DNA of 63,920 nt, counting the filler, from Limisphaerales bacterium (GTDB lineage: Bacteria; Verrucomicrobiota; Verrucomicrobiia; Limisphaerales; SIBE01), in NCBI GenBank assembly GCA_044225505.1. It is 7 parts of 7 records of this genome, joined end to end, with 100 filler letters (N's around TTAATTAATTAA, not from the genome) between each part and the next. Parts side by side here need not be neighbours in the genome. Positions count along the whole stretch, not along the records: positions 39,287 to 48,913 come from JBGAIN010000235.1; positions 49,014 to 58,468 come from JBGAIN010000236.1; 5 more parts are not named here. One strand, written 5' to 3'. A program made the position numbers and the translations under genes. The notes below the pieces were generated by a model. That model was not told where the DNA came from. It made no database searches and saw only the letters and a program-made list of their open reading frames with translations. Below, one piece after another: positions 39,910-49,739 of this stretch (within the stretch, counting starts at the first letter, position 1; each line of letters opens with the position of its first letter).

Positions 39910-42900
39910 GTGAGCGACCTGAGCGATTTGGAAGAGCTGCTCTACGAAGCCCTGCGTCAATTGCCCGACCAGGAACGTCGCCGGTCCTTTCTCGAGCTGG
40001 TGGGGATCGATCGACCGGAACTCCGTCATCGGCTTGAGAGCTTGCTTGAGGCTGGCGAAGGAGCCAACGCTTTCTTTGCGTTGGATTCCCGGAACCAGCC
40101 AAAGGTTGAGGATGTCCTCCGCGAGCTGCAAGCCGATCCGGCAAGCCTTGGCGCCGCGATCCGCCCGGATCCGGATGCAGCTCCCAAAGCGAGTCTCCCG
40201 AGGGACCTGATTGGTACGGTCATCGGCCGGTATCAGATTCTGGAGAAAATCGGCGAAGGAGGCTACGGGGTGGTCTACCTGGCCGAACAGGACAAGCCCG
40301 TCCGCCGAAGAGTGGCTTTGAAACTGATCAAGCTGGGGATGGATACCAGCGAGGTGGTGGCCCGCTTCGAAGCGGAGCGGCAAGCTTTGGCGCTGATGGA
40401 ACATCCCAACATCGCGAAAGTATTGGATGGGGGCGCGACGGAGACCGGACGCTTGTTCTTCGTGATGGAGCTGGTCCGTGGCGTGAGAATCACTGATTAT
40501 TGTGACGACCACAAGCTGACCACACGAGAACGGATTGCCTTGGTCATCCAAGTCGCGCAGGCGGTTCAGCACGCCCACCAAAAAGGGATCATCCATCGCG
40601 ATCTCAAGCCTTCCAATATCCTTGTAACAATCGATGACGGACGGCCAGTGCCGACGGTCATTGACTTCGGGATTGCCAAGGCGGTTGCCGGACGGCTGAC
40701 GGACCGGACCCTCTTCACTGGATTCGAGCAACTCGTCGGCACGCCCGCTTACATGAGCCCGGAACAGGCGCTAACGACGAGCTTGGACATCGACACTCGA
40801 GCTGACCTTTACAGCCTGGGCGTGCTCCTCTACGAGTTGTTGACGGGCAAAACCCCGTTCGAAACCCAGACTCTGCTCGCGGCAGGGTTGCACGAGATGC
40901 GCCGCACCATTCTGGAAATGGAGCCGGCCCGGCCTTCCACCCGGTTGAGCAGCCTCACCCCTGCGGAACTCACCACGACGGCCCAGCGGCGTGCGATCCA
41001 GGCGACCAAGCTCGTTCACCTCCTTCAAGGCGACCTGGACTGGATTGTCATGAAGTGTCTCGAGAAGGATCGCACGCGTCGCTACGAAACGGCGAACGGC
41101 TTTGCGAAAGATTTACAGCGATACCTGGACAACGAACCCGTCCTGGCGCGTCCTCCCAGTGCCACTTATCGTCTCCAGAAATTGATTCGCCGGAACCGGC
41201 CGGTCGTGATAGGGGCACTCGCACTCTTGGTATCGCTTTGGATTGGCCTTGGACTCTCCACATGGCTTTACACACGGGAGCGAATTGCCCATGGTCGCGC
41301 GCTGCGCGAGCAACAGAACGCCGAGCAAGAACGGAAACGGGCCGACCAACTTCGTTCCGAGACCGAGCATCTCCTGGCCCGGGAACGGGTCGATGATGGC
41401 TGGTCTGCTTTTGAGCGAGGCAGTTATTGGGGGGCCATGGCCGCCTTTACGGACGCTCTGCGGCTGGAACCCGCCCCGCCCAGCCGGGCCGCGGCCCACC
41501 GGTTGCGACTGGGCGCGATTGGGCCTCTCCAACCCAAACTCCTGCGCCTCTGGCAGACAGGCACGGAAGTCACGGCGGCTGCGCTCAGCCCGGATGGGTC
41601 TCACCTCGCCCTGGCCGGCGTGGAGGGCGGTGAAAGCCCGGCCACAAGGATTTTTGAGCTGGAATCGGGGCGGCCGGTGTCAGCGCCCATGGCCCACGGC
41701 GCGCGTATCAACTGCATTGCCTTTAGCCCCGACAGCCAAAGCCTCGTTACGGGCAGCCATGATCGGACGGCTCGAGTCTGGGACGCCTCGAGCGGGCGTC
41801 CTCGGACGGTGCCCTTTCCTCAGGCTGCGCCTGTCACCACCGTCGGATTCAGCCCGGACTCGAGCCGAATTCTTGTCGGGGGATGGGACGTTTCCACCTT
41901 TGCCACCGGGCAGGTCGCGGTGATCGATGTCAAAACGCAAACTCAGCGGTGGCAGGAACAGGAATATGGAATGAACGTGAGATTGGCTCTCTTCACCCCG
42001 GATGGTCGCCAGATTGTGCGTGGGTGCTCCTCCTTCCTCGGCATGCTGCTCGACCTCGAACGAGGGGAAGAATGGCCCATCCCTGAGTGCTGGTGCTTAT
42101 TGAGTGGCGCATTCAGCGCCAGCGGAAGCAGCTTTTTCGCGGGCGGAAGCTTTGGCGGCGATGGTGGCGACGGCGGAGCTCGGTGGCTGGACTTGAGTAC
42201 GTTCTCCTGGCGAGGCCCACTCTTACGGCACGACGGCCCCGTCGTCAGCGTCGATCTCAGCCCGGACGGTTCTCTGGCTGCGACCGCGAGCAATGACCGG
42301 ACGGCGCGAGTGTGGCGGGTCGATGACGGGCAACGCGCCACTCTCCCACTCCCACATTCCAGTGCGGTTTTGCTCGTTCGGTTCAGCCACAACAGTCATC
42401 GGGTTCTCACCGTGAGCGCCGATCGTACGGTGCGCGTTTGGGATGCTCACGATGGCCGTCCTCTAACCCTTCCCATGCCTCATGCCGGGGCTGTGGTCCT
42501 GGCCGCGTTCAGCCCGGATGACCAAGCCATCTGGACGGTTAGTTCCGACGGAAGTGTCTGTGCATGGGCCGCGGGCACGCAGCTGGTTCCCCGCCTTAAC
42601 CTCACGCATGGATCCCCTGTCTCCAATGTCATTCCGGGCCCGAATGATACCCTTGTCACAGCCGACCACAGTCAGGTCTGCGTTTGGGACCGCCAGAGCG
42701 GACGCTTGCTAAGCAAGTCCCGCGAGGTCCCCGGTCAGGATTGGACGGAGCTGCACGGCTGGTCGGGAACTCGGGTCTGGGTGAACCAGTCTGCCGCCGT
42801 CTCCATTTTTGATGTAGCGACGGGTCGCACCGTCCACGGTCCATCGGCCGAGCCTCACACCAGCTTTATTGGCGGACAGTTTTGTCCGGATCCAAGCCGA

Positions 42901-43713
42901 GGCCTTGTTCTTCCCAAGGGAAGCGCGGCCGTTCTCGAGTTTGACACGAACACCGGCCAGGTCACCCGCCGTTTCGAGGCGGACGCCCCGTTGCTGGCCA
43001 CAGCGCTGCGCCCGGATGGACGGGAACTGCTCGCGCTCGCTGCAAAGAGTTCTGCTTTCGTTTGGGACGTTGGCACAGCTCAACTCCGCCAGCGGATCCA
43101 CTTATCTTCGGTCTACTCCCCACCCACCCTTCTCTTCTTTTCACCCGACAGTAGCAGGCTTTGCCTGGTCGACGCAGAGAATAACCTAATCGTCTGGAAA
43201 GCCGCGGAGTTGAAGTCGACAGCCCCACCCGTGATCTATTCCCACGGAGTGCGCACGGCGCAGTTCAGTCCGGACAGTCGCTGGTTGGCGGCCGGCAATG
43301 TCGACGGTGCCGCGCGGATTTACAGCGCCCAGAGTGGCGAGGTAGCGGTGCCAGCGCTCCCGCATAATGGGCCCATCAACTGCCTCCAGTTTAGCCCGGA
43401 TAGCCTCGCCTTGGCCACTGGCAGCGAAGATTCCAACGCGCGCGTTTGGGAGACGCTGACCGGGCAGCCCATCACGCCGCCCTTGCCCCAAGGGGCCAGC
43501 GTCGTCCACGTCAACTTCACCGCCGATGGGCGCTCGCTTCTGACGGGATGTTGGGATGGTCGCGCCCATCTTTGGGAGGTCCCGTCTCAGTCCGGGCCGA
43601 TCGCCGATCTGCTAGCGGCGTATTGCAGTCCGTCCCACGCCGCCAATCGCGCCTTACAGTGGGACCCGGGCGCGGGCTTTGCCCAATTTGTCCGAGTGCT
43701 GCGGAACCGCTGA
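39910..43713 (+). CDS. Membrane Ser/Thr kinase with C-terminal WD40 repeats
   Basis: IGEGGYGVVY, VALK, HRDLKPSN, DFGIAK, YMSPEQ; TM segment VVIGALALLVSLWIGLGLSTWLY; many H.....FSPD....T.S.D.TARVW repeats. Start may be 39835-39910. Confidence 0.93.
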   Translation: MSDLSDLEELLYEALRQLPDQERRRSFLELVGIDRPELRHRLESLLEAGEGANAFFALDSRNQPKVEDVLRELQADPASLGAAIRPDPDAAPKASLPRDLIGTVIGRYQILEKIGEGGYGVVYLAEQDKPVRRRVALKLIKLGMDTSEVVARFEAERQALALMEHPNIAKVLDGGATETGRLFFVMELVRGVRITDYCDDHKLTTRERIALVIQVAQAVQHAHQKGIIHRDLKPSNILVTIDDGRPVPTVIDFGIAKAVAGRLTDRTLFTGFEQLVGTPAYMSPEQALTTSLDIDTRADLYSLGVLLYELLTGKTPFETQTLLAAGLHEMRRTILEMEPARPSTRLSSLTPAELTTTAQRRAIQATKLVHLLQGDLDWIVMKCLEKDRTRRYETANGFAKDLQRYLDNEPVLARPPSATYRLQKLIRRNRPVVIGALALLVSLWIGLGLSTWLYTRERIAHGRALREQQNAEQERKRADQLRSETEHLLARERVDDGWSAFERGSYWGAMAAFTDALRLEPAPPSRAAAHRLRLGAIGPLQPKLLRLWQTGTEVTAAALSPDGSHLALAGVEGGESPATRIFELESGRPVSAPMAHGARINCIAFSPDSQSLVTGSHDRTARVWDASSGRPRTVPFPQAAPVTTVGFSPDSSRILVGGWDVSTFATGQVAVIDVKTQTQRWQEQEYGMNVRLALFTPDGRQIVRGCSSFLGMLLDLERGEEWPIPECWCLLSGAFSASGSSFFAGGSFGGDGGDGGARWLDLSTFSWRGPLLRHDGPVVSVDLSPDGSLAATASNDRTARVWRVDDGQRATLPLPHSSAVLLVRFSHNSHRVLTVSADRTVRVWDAHDGRPLTLPMPHAGAVVLAAFSPDDQAIWTVSSDGSVCAWAAGTQLVPRLNLTHGSPVSNVIPGPNDTLVTADHSQVCVWDRQSGRLLSKSREVPGQDWTELHGWSGTRVWVNQSAAVSIFDVATGRTVHGPSAEPHTSFIGGQFCPDPSRGLVLPKGSAAVLEFDTNTGQVTRRFEADAPLLATALRPDGRELLALAAKSSAFVWDVGTAQLRQRIHLSSVYSPPTLLFFSPDSSRLCLVDAENNLIVWKAAELKSTAPPVIYSHGVRTAQFSPDSRWLAAGNVDGAARIYSAQSGEVAVPALPHNGPINCLQFSPDSLALATGSEDSNARVWETLTGQPITPPLPQGASVVHVNFTADGRSLLTGCWDGRAHLWEVPSQSGPIADLLAAYCSPSHAANRALQWDPGAGFAQFVRVLRNR

Positions 43714-43731
43714 ACGCGCAGAGCGAGCCGC

Positions 43732-45228
43732 CTACTGACCGCCAACTTGAACCTCGATCTGGACGATGCGTTGCAGAGCGCCGCGCAATTGATCCCGGAG
43801 TGACTGGTTCTCGCGTCGGACTTCTTCGAGCAACCTGGCGGATTGGCCGTCAGCCTCGGCACGCAGACGTTCTACCTTCAGATTGAGACCTTGAATCGCG
43901 GCAAGCGCAATCCCGTCCGCGTCCACCGTCGCGATCTGTTTATCGCCCGCACCCAAGCCGAAGGCCGAGTAAAAGTCTTGAGCCATCGGTCCGAGGTGTC
44001 TTGCCGCAGGCTCCGATTTGAAGCTCCATTCCATGATCGGTAAGCCAGCCACCTTCGCCAGAACAGCTTGAGGATCCGCTGCCTGCCCAATGGTTTTCGC
44101 ATGGCGATCGCTGCTCGTGTAGAAGGCCGTTGCCGTAATATTGCCGACGGTTCGGATCGGTCCATCAAACAAACTCACGCCGCTGAAGACTGGATTGCTG
44201 ACCAAGCTCTGCGCCACCAGCGCATAAGGTGCCGACGCGACGCGCTGATCCGGCGTCAGTTGCTGGAAGCCGTTAATCCCGTCACAGAACCAAACGCGCA
44301 GACGGAGTCCTGGATCCTGAAAGGCATTAACGGACAGGGACGACATATTCTGAATTCCGGGATCTCCTAGTAAGACCGCATAGAGCCCTTTGCTCACCGG
44401 CAACGTGATAGCCGAGTCGGGTTCACCATCGGCAGGGGCAATGTCTGACGAATTGCGCCAGTAAGTGCTCTGGCTATCCCCGCTGACCAGCGCAAATTTG
44501 AACAAGCCCGAACCGTTGAAAGGCGCACCCCCCGACAAGATTCTCCCTTGAAAGCTAATGACCGGAGGCACCTGTCCATTATCCGAAGCATCCTCAACGA
44601 AGACCATCGGCCCGGGATCGGTGTTGCCGCTGAGCTGCGCTTGGACGCGAATTTCACCTGTTCCGGTCACGAAGGACTGGTGTCTCTCGGTTCCGCTTAG
44701 GGAGTAGTTGAACTTAAAAATGGCGGCCCGGAAAGAGATCGTTGATGGAGTCGGCACATGCGTGTCGAAACGGAAGAAGCACCCGGAGTTAGCCAAAATA
44801 GCCCCCGGCGTTTGGAACGACACAGAGCCCCGCAAATCTTCGAATTCGATCGTGGCCGTTTCAGTCATCAAGCTAGTCCAGGAACAGCCGTCGACCCCAA
44901 AGTCCAAGTCGTTGACTAGACTCGCACTGCCATTGGCCGGCGGCCGGATGACAATGCGTTTTCCCGGTGGCGCCTCGACGCGGAGCGAAACCGCTGTGTC
45001 GCCCGCCGGATCAAGGTACAGAGAAGGCGGCACGGCCTCGCCGTCTCCTGTCACAGAGGCGAGAATATCGGACGCGCGAGCGGGCAATCCCCGGACGGCG
45101 GAGGCGAAGCCATGGCTGATCCTGGTTCCGGTGATGGTAATAGTCGGAAGTTGGATCTCTGCATGGAGCAACTGGACCGCGCTGAAAAGCAGCACGATGG
45201 ACGTTTTCGAGTGTAACAATGTTTTCAT
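43732..45228 (-). CDS. Secreted fibre-like protein with C-terminal intramolecular chaperone (Peptidase_S74) and coiled coil
   Basis: Signal peptide; internal FQGR..FKFALV..PDQR..PYAL domain; TSSDRHAK..HLGPMAQDF..FGLG..IATVDADGIALAAIQGLN. Confidence 0.85.
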   Translation of the reverse strand: MKTLLHSKTSIVLLFSAVQLLHAEIQLPTITITGTRISHGFASAVRGLPARASDILASVTGDGEAVPPSLYLDPAGDTAVSLRVEAPPGKRIVIRPPANGSASLVNDLDFGVDGCSWTSLMTETATIEFEDLRGSVSFQTPGAILANSGCFFRFDTHVPTPSTISFRAAIFKFNYSLSGTERHQSFVTGTGEIRVQAQLSGNTDPGPMVFVEDASDNGQVPPVISFQGRILSGGAPFNGSGLFKFALVSGDSQSTYWRNSSDIAPADGEPDSAITLPVSKGLYAVLLGDPGIQNMSSLSVNAFQDPGLRLRVWFCDGINGFQQLTPDQRVASAPYALVAQSLVSNPVFSGVSLFDGPIRTVGNITATAFYTSSDRHAKTIGQAADPQAVLAKVAGLPIMEWSFKSEPAARHLGPMAQDFYSAFGLGAGDKQIATVDADGIALAAIQGLNLKVERLRAEADGQSARLLEEVRRENQSLRDQLRGALQRIVQIEVQVGGQ

Positions 45229-45278
45229 CGATTTGGATCTCCCCTTTCCCAAGCCCGACAGCTCGAGATCTTCAGTGC

Positions 45279-45941
45279 TCACATTTTACTGCGCCATCCA
45301 GCTCCTCGGCCCGCGACAGGTCGACGCTGCACACGCCGGACGAATGCCACCGCGACCAGTGCCAGCCCACAAACTGCACCCGTTGCCGCTGGTTCCGGAA
45401 CAACACTGATTTGGACGTTTGGCAACATGATCCCGCTGACCGTACCCCCGGTCGAATCGGCGAACGACGTTCCAGCAAAGCTCAAGGAAAAAGGCCCGCC
45501 GACCGGGAAAGAGTCGAAGGTGAGCGTCGCCAGATCCTTAGTTTGCCCGGGCGCCAAGCTGACAGGGGTGAGGGTCAAGACACTCCAACCTTGTTGCCGC
45601 TCTTGCGGAGTGCCGATCGGGAATTGCCCCAGCGGGTTGCCATGAAAGAGCGCGTCCATGCCGCTAAGCAGATCTACCCCCATGGCCGGTTGCGGAGGAG
45701 TTGGAATCGTTGTATTGAGAGTGGGTCCTTGGGATCCACTACCGATAGTAACGACGAGATTCATGCCACCCAGAGATAACGGGACTGAGCCCCCGTTGGC
45801 GACTACCACCGTGATGCTGGGCAGATCCGACGAGATCGTGGGTAGAGGCACGTCGACGATCAATTGAGCCCTCGCCTGCATCAGCAGGAGGGTGGCAGCG
45901 GCGGCAAAGAGGAAACAGCGAGACAGCCCTCGCACCGTCAT
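45279..45941 (-). CDS. PEP-CTERM sorting domain protein
   Basis: Signal peptide; VVPEPAATGAVCGLALVAVAFVRR. Confidence 0.85.
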   Translation of the reverse strand: MTVRGLSRCFLFAAAATLLLMQARAQLIVDVPLPTISSDLPSITVVVANGGSVPLSLGGMNLVVTIGSGSQGPTLNTTIPTPPQPAMGVDLLSGMDALFHGNPLGQFPIGTPQERQQGWSVLTLTPVSLAPGQTKDLATLTFDSFPVGGPFSLSFAGTSFADSTGGTVSGIMLPNVQISVVPEPAATGAVCGLALVAVAFVRRVQRRPVAGRGAGWRSKM

Positions 45942-46044
45942 CCGGGGCCGTTCGAGCGGAAGATTAAGACGGGCGTAGCGAAGGTTCAGAATCGGGGATT
46001 GATAGGTACTCATAGAAACACGCAGTTGCATTTGAAGGCCAGAA

Positions 46045-47322
46045 TCACTCTGGCCTGGTGCTCAGTTGGAAAAACGCTCGCTCGCCAGCTCGGCCGATGG
46101 GCAACTCCACTTCTAGCAAGCCGCCAGGATGGACCCGCACGGATGACGCCGCGATCGGTTGCCAGTCGGGCTGTTCGAGGCTTCTAGTGCTCGAGACCGT
46201 CACCGGCTCGGCTCGATCCAACCAAAGCCAAACGCGTGGTGACGTCCCCTGAAGCTCTGCGACAATCCGCCTGATGCGTGGGATCGAATCTGGCGCCTGC
46301 TCAGTCGGGGCCAATGCGAGGGGAACAGACTGGAAGCGGGAACCGATTGACGTCTTATGAAGAGCGTGGTGGACGGGGTCAAGGCCTGCCAGGGTTGAAA
46401 GTTCGGCGCGGTTGACATGAATGAGCTGAAGCGCCGAAGAACCGACGGTCAGATGGTTCATGGCTTGGAGGGCATCCTGGACTAAAACCGTCTTGTCGCG
46501 GTCGAAGTCATACGGATTATTCAGGGACGCGGTCAGGCTCAGGTGATTCATGACTCGCACAGCGTCTTGGACCAGGACCTCGGCCTTGCTCAGGTCATCT
46601 CCGGTTTCGCCGATGGCATTCCCAAAGTAAAAAACGTCGTCGCCCCCCAAACCGGTGTTGGCGTTGGCCAGCGCGGTCACTTCTAGCCAGAGCTGCTGCA
46701 GGGAGTTGTTGGGCCAGATCAGGGTAATTCGATCCGAGCCATGGATTCCGGCGCCCCATCGAACGCTGATAGAATTCGGGGCCGGGGCAGGCGCCCAGGA
46801 GGCGGGCGAACTGTCGTTCCCCATTTTCAAGACAAAATCTGCGGCCGTGGGCGGGGCACTCAACTCAATCACATCGAGTATGATCCCGTTCAACCCTTTG
46901 CTGTAGCTGGTGTAATTGTCGAAGCTCGCCATGGCTCCAGGAAGGAGAGCCGTTTTATCCGAGGCGATGGCCTGATCGTCGGAGGCGTTGGCTCTCGGAT
47001 CATTGCCGTCCCAGGCCGATTCGTTGTAAAGGACCCACCGCCCTGCCACCACCGCGGAAAGCTGCGGGATAAAGCCGGAGGTGTACTGCAGCGATCCGTC
47101 GCTGTTGCTGCCGGTCGCGCTGCTTGTCTGACCGATGCTGCTCTGCAGGGAGTACGGGCCACCGGCTGCGCGCTCGCCGCCGCAGTCGATGACCTCGGTG
47201 GTCGTCTGGTAGTTTGCGCTGGTGCGAGTCGCGGCGATCGGGCTCAGTTCGAGGGACAAAACGCCGGCGCCAAGGCAAACGAGGCTAAACCACCGGAAAC
47301 GGGCTTCAAACTTTCTCGTCAT
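46045..47322 (-). CDS. Secreted multidomain surface protein with dockerin-like repeat pair
   Basis: Signal peptide; SANY..IDCGG..YSLQSSIGQ N-domain; GRWVLYNESAWDG..IASDKTALLPG domain; duplicated VLVQDA..MNHL with YDFDRDKTV; C-terminal SLEQPDWQ..FFQL. Confidence 0.75.
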   Translation of the reverse strand: MTRKFEARFRWFSLVCLGAGVLSLELSPIAATRTSANYQTTTEVIDCGGERAAGGPYSLQSSIGQTSSATGSNSDGSLQYTSGFIPQLSAVVAGRWVLYNESAWDGNDPRANASDDQAIASDKTALLPGAMASFDNYTSYSKGLNGIILDVIELSAPPTAADFVLKMGNDSSPASWAPAPAPNSISVRWGAGIHGSDRITLIWPNNSLQQLWLEVTALANANTGLGGDDVFYFGNAIGETGDDLSKAEVLVQDAVRVMNHLSLTASLNNPYDFDRDKTVLVQDALQAMNHLTVGSSALQLIHVNRAELSTLAGLDPVHHALHKTSIGSRFQSVPLALAPTEQAPDSIPRIRRIVAELQGTSPRVWLWLDRAEPVTVSSTRSLEQPDWQPIAASSVRVHPGGLLEVELPIGRAGERAFFQLSTRPE

Positions 47323-47342
47323 AAAACAACTGATTACCCTCT

Positions 47343-47373
47343 CAATGCGTCGGCCACAGAAAAAAGCCGACAC
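47343..47373 (-). promoter_or_regulatory. Putative ECF promoter (copy 1)
   Basis: GTGTCGG-cttttttctgtggccga-CGCATTG, ending 21 nt before ATG 47322. Confidence 0.65.
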
Positions 47374-47654
47374 AGTCATATCGAAAATGAGCGCGGGGGC
47401 TGGAGAGGGCAAAATTCCATGATGGAGATCCTTCCTGTCTTCCGCATATAGAGCGAAATCTCGACTGTCCCGTCCGGAAGTTTTTGACGGAACCCCGAAT
47501 AGCGGTGATGAGTGACGACAGAGCCAAGGGGCGTGGACTGCTCCGGCTCGAACTCAACGGACGTTCTCATCCAATTCAAGGGCTGGCTCCGGACCATCCG
47601 ACCGGCCTGATTGCCTAGCGAGAGTTTCAAGCGCCACGTGTCGAAATCGGCTGC

Positions 47655-47685
47655 GTGTCGGTTTTTTCTGCGAAACGGCGCATTG
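47655..47685 (+). promoter_or_regulatory. Putative ECF promoter (copy 2)
   Basis: GTGTCGG-ttttttctgcgaaacgg-CGCATTG, ending about 60 nt before ATG 47746. Confidence 0.65.
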
Positions 47686-47745
47686 GAGCAAGGAAACCAG
47701 TTTATCCGTGATGATCGCGGCAATCTGACAACCGACCATAGCACC

Positions 47746-48913
47746 ATGCATACAGCTCTGAGCGTGAAATTAAACCGAGTCGCTTTTTTGTCCCTCTCGA
47801 TCCTGGCATTGGGCCCAGCCGCCTCCAGCAGCGGGTTACTGCCAGCGATAACGGCGGCCGAAGTTCCACATTTGTTGCATTTCCAAGGCCGCGTCAGCGT
47901 CAATGGCGTCCCTTTCCAGGGCACTGGCCACTTCAAATTCGCCCTCGTGAACGGTGCAGGCACGACTTCCTACTGGAAGAACGCGGCGGACTTAGCTCCG
48001 AATGATGGTATTCCGGACTCGGCGCTGACTCTCACAGTCGACAAAGGTATGTATTCGGTCCTGCTGGGAGAGTCGGATGCTCTGGGGACACCCCCGATTC
48101 CGGCGTCTGCGTTTACCAATGCCGATGTCCGATTGCGAGTCTGGTTCGACGACGGCGTCCATGGATTCGAATTACTGAGTCCGGATCAGCGCCTGGGAGC
48201 GGTCGGATATGCGTTGGTGGCCGAGCAGGCGAACACGGCGGACATTGCCTTAAAGCTTGTCGACAATCCCAGTTTCACGGGGCAAAGCCAATTTAGTGGG
48301 CGGGTCGGAATTAGGACGGCAACTCCAGCGGCGGAGCTGGATGTGAATGGGATCGCCAAGGCGACGCGATTCGAGGGCGATGGCGTCCAGATTGGGAGTG
48401 CGGTCCTGGAAAAGTTTGCCGGAGCGATTGCCTGGGGGCTGAACAGCTCAGGCGAATCAACCGTGCCGCCTGGGTTGGGGCGGCCGCTCGCCATCAGCGC
48501 GGGCGACGTTCACTGCCTGGCCGTGAAGTCGGATGGCACGGTGGTGGCCTGGGGATCTAATCAATATGGCCAGACCGATGTCCCTGTCGGCCTGAACGGA
48601 GTCGTCAGCGTCGCAGCCGGGAACTTCCACAGTATGGCGTTGAAAAGTGACGGCACCGTCGTGGCCTGGGGACACAATGTTCTTGGCGAAGTAACAATCC
48701 CGGCTGGTTTGAGCGGCGTGGTGGCTATTTCCGCAGGCGTTCATAGCCTGGCATTGAAAAGCGACGGCACCGTTGTAGCCTGGGGGTATAACGAATATGG
48801 TCAGACTGACGTTCCACCGGGCCTAACCGGCGTCGTGGCCATCTCGGCCGGCGATAATAACAGCTTCGCTTTGAAGAACGACGGCACAGTGGTGGGGTGG
48901 GGCCAAGATATCC
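47746..48913 (+). CDS. Secreted protein with FQGR..PDQR domain and RCC1/BLIP-II-like repeats, 3' truncated
   Basis: Signal peptide; domain shared with the 43732-45228 protein; GRVGIRTATPAAELDVNG; roughly 39-aa repeats AISAG..H.LALKSDGTVVAWG.N.YGQT. Confidence 0.85.
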
Positions 48914-49013
48914 NNNNNNNNNNNNNNNNNNNNNNNNNNNNNNNNNNNNNNNNNNNNTTAATTAATTAANNNNNNNNNNNNNNNNNNNNNNNNNNNNNNN
49001 NNNNNNNNNNNNN
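48914..49013. other. Artificial contig linker
   Basis: N44-TTAATTAATTAA-N44. Confidence 0.99.
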
Positions 49014-49106
49014 CCTGGGACATGCTCCTCGCGCCAAAGACACGATCCCGCCATTCAACTCTATGTGATCTTGCCAAGTGCAGGATTCCGATCGATGATA
49101 AGCCGT

Positions 49107-49685
49107 ATGGGTAACTTTTCTGCTCAATTCAGAAAGTTGTCGAACAGCCTCATGGGACCTGGGCCTGTCGCTCTAGGTTCGGTCGTAATGATGCTGGCGA
49201 CGTCGCAAGTTAATGCGGGCGGATGGCGCCATCATCATGGAGGGTACCGCTGGGGATTCCACCCCTCCGTCTCTTTTTACTACGGGCCAGGTCCATTTTA
49301 CACGCCGTACTATTACACCGCCTACACCGACAATTACGTGGTGCAGCGTCCGAACTACGCCGTCAGTGGCACGCTCCTGGGCGCGCTCACTGGCGGTATT
49401 ATCGGGAATAGTATTCATCACCAGGGATGGGAAGGTGCGGGCATCGGAGCGGCGGCCGGCCTTTTGTTAGGAGGCCTTGCTGAGCATCAGGCACGTGCGC
49501 GAGAGCGCGCCGTGTATGCAACGCCGACATCGAACTATTATGTTCAGCCGAGCCCGACGGCTTCTGCTGCGCCGATTGCCGATGCCCCGACCGTTCCGGC
49601 GGCGCCGACCGTTCCGGACAGTTCCGGCAGCCGGTCCGTTGAGAGTCGGTCGATGAGCAGCGCGAATAGCTTGTTTGGACGTTAG
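49107..49685 (+). CDS. Glycine-zipper domain protein
   Basis: GTLLGALTGGIIG..GAGIGAAAGLLLGG; Tyr-rich N-terminal part. Start uncertain. Confidence 0.75.
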   Translation: MGNFSAQFRKLSNSLMGPGPVALGSVVMMLATSQVNAGGWRHHHGGYRWGFHPSVSFYYGPGPFYTPYYYTAYTDNYVVQRPNYAVSGTLLGALTGGIIGNSIHHQGWEGAGIGAAAGLLLGGLAEHQARARERAVYATPTSNYYVQPSPTASAAPIADAPTVPAAPTVPDSSGSRSVESRSMSSANSLFGR

Positions 49686-49739
49686 AACGGCTGCGAGCTT
49701 TACAGTCGGTCGGGGCGGGACTAGAGGTGAGGGCACGAT

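Noticed and set aside
37476..43713. Apparent ECF-kinase-ECF-kinase supercluster
   Set aside because: A linker at 39187-39286 separates the two pairs, and contigs appear ordered by size, so the adjacency is coincidental.
43732..45228. Prophage tail fibre
   Set aside because: It has a signal peptide, and no other phage genes are on the contig.
48460..48913. DNA repeat array or DGR template
   Set aside because: The ~117-bp periodicity is explained by RCC1-like protein repeats, and no reverse transcriptase is present.
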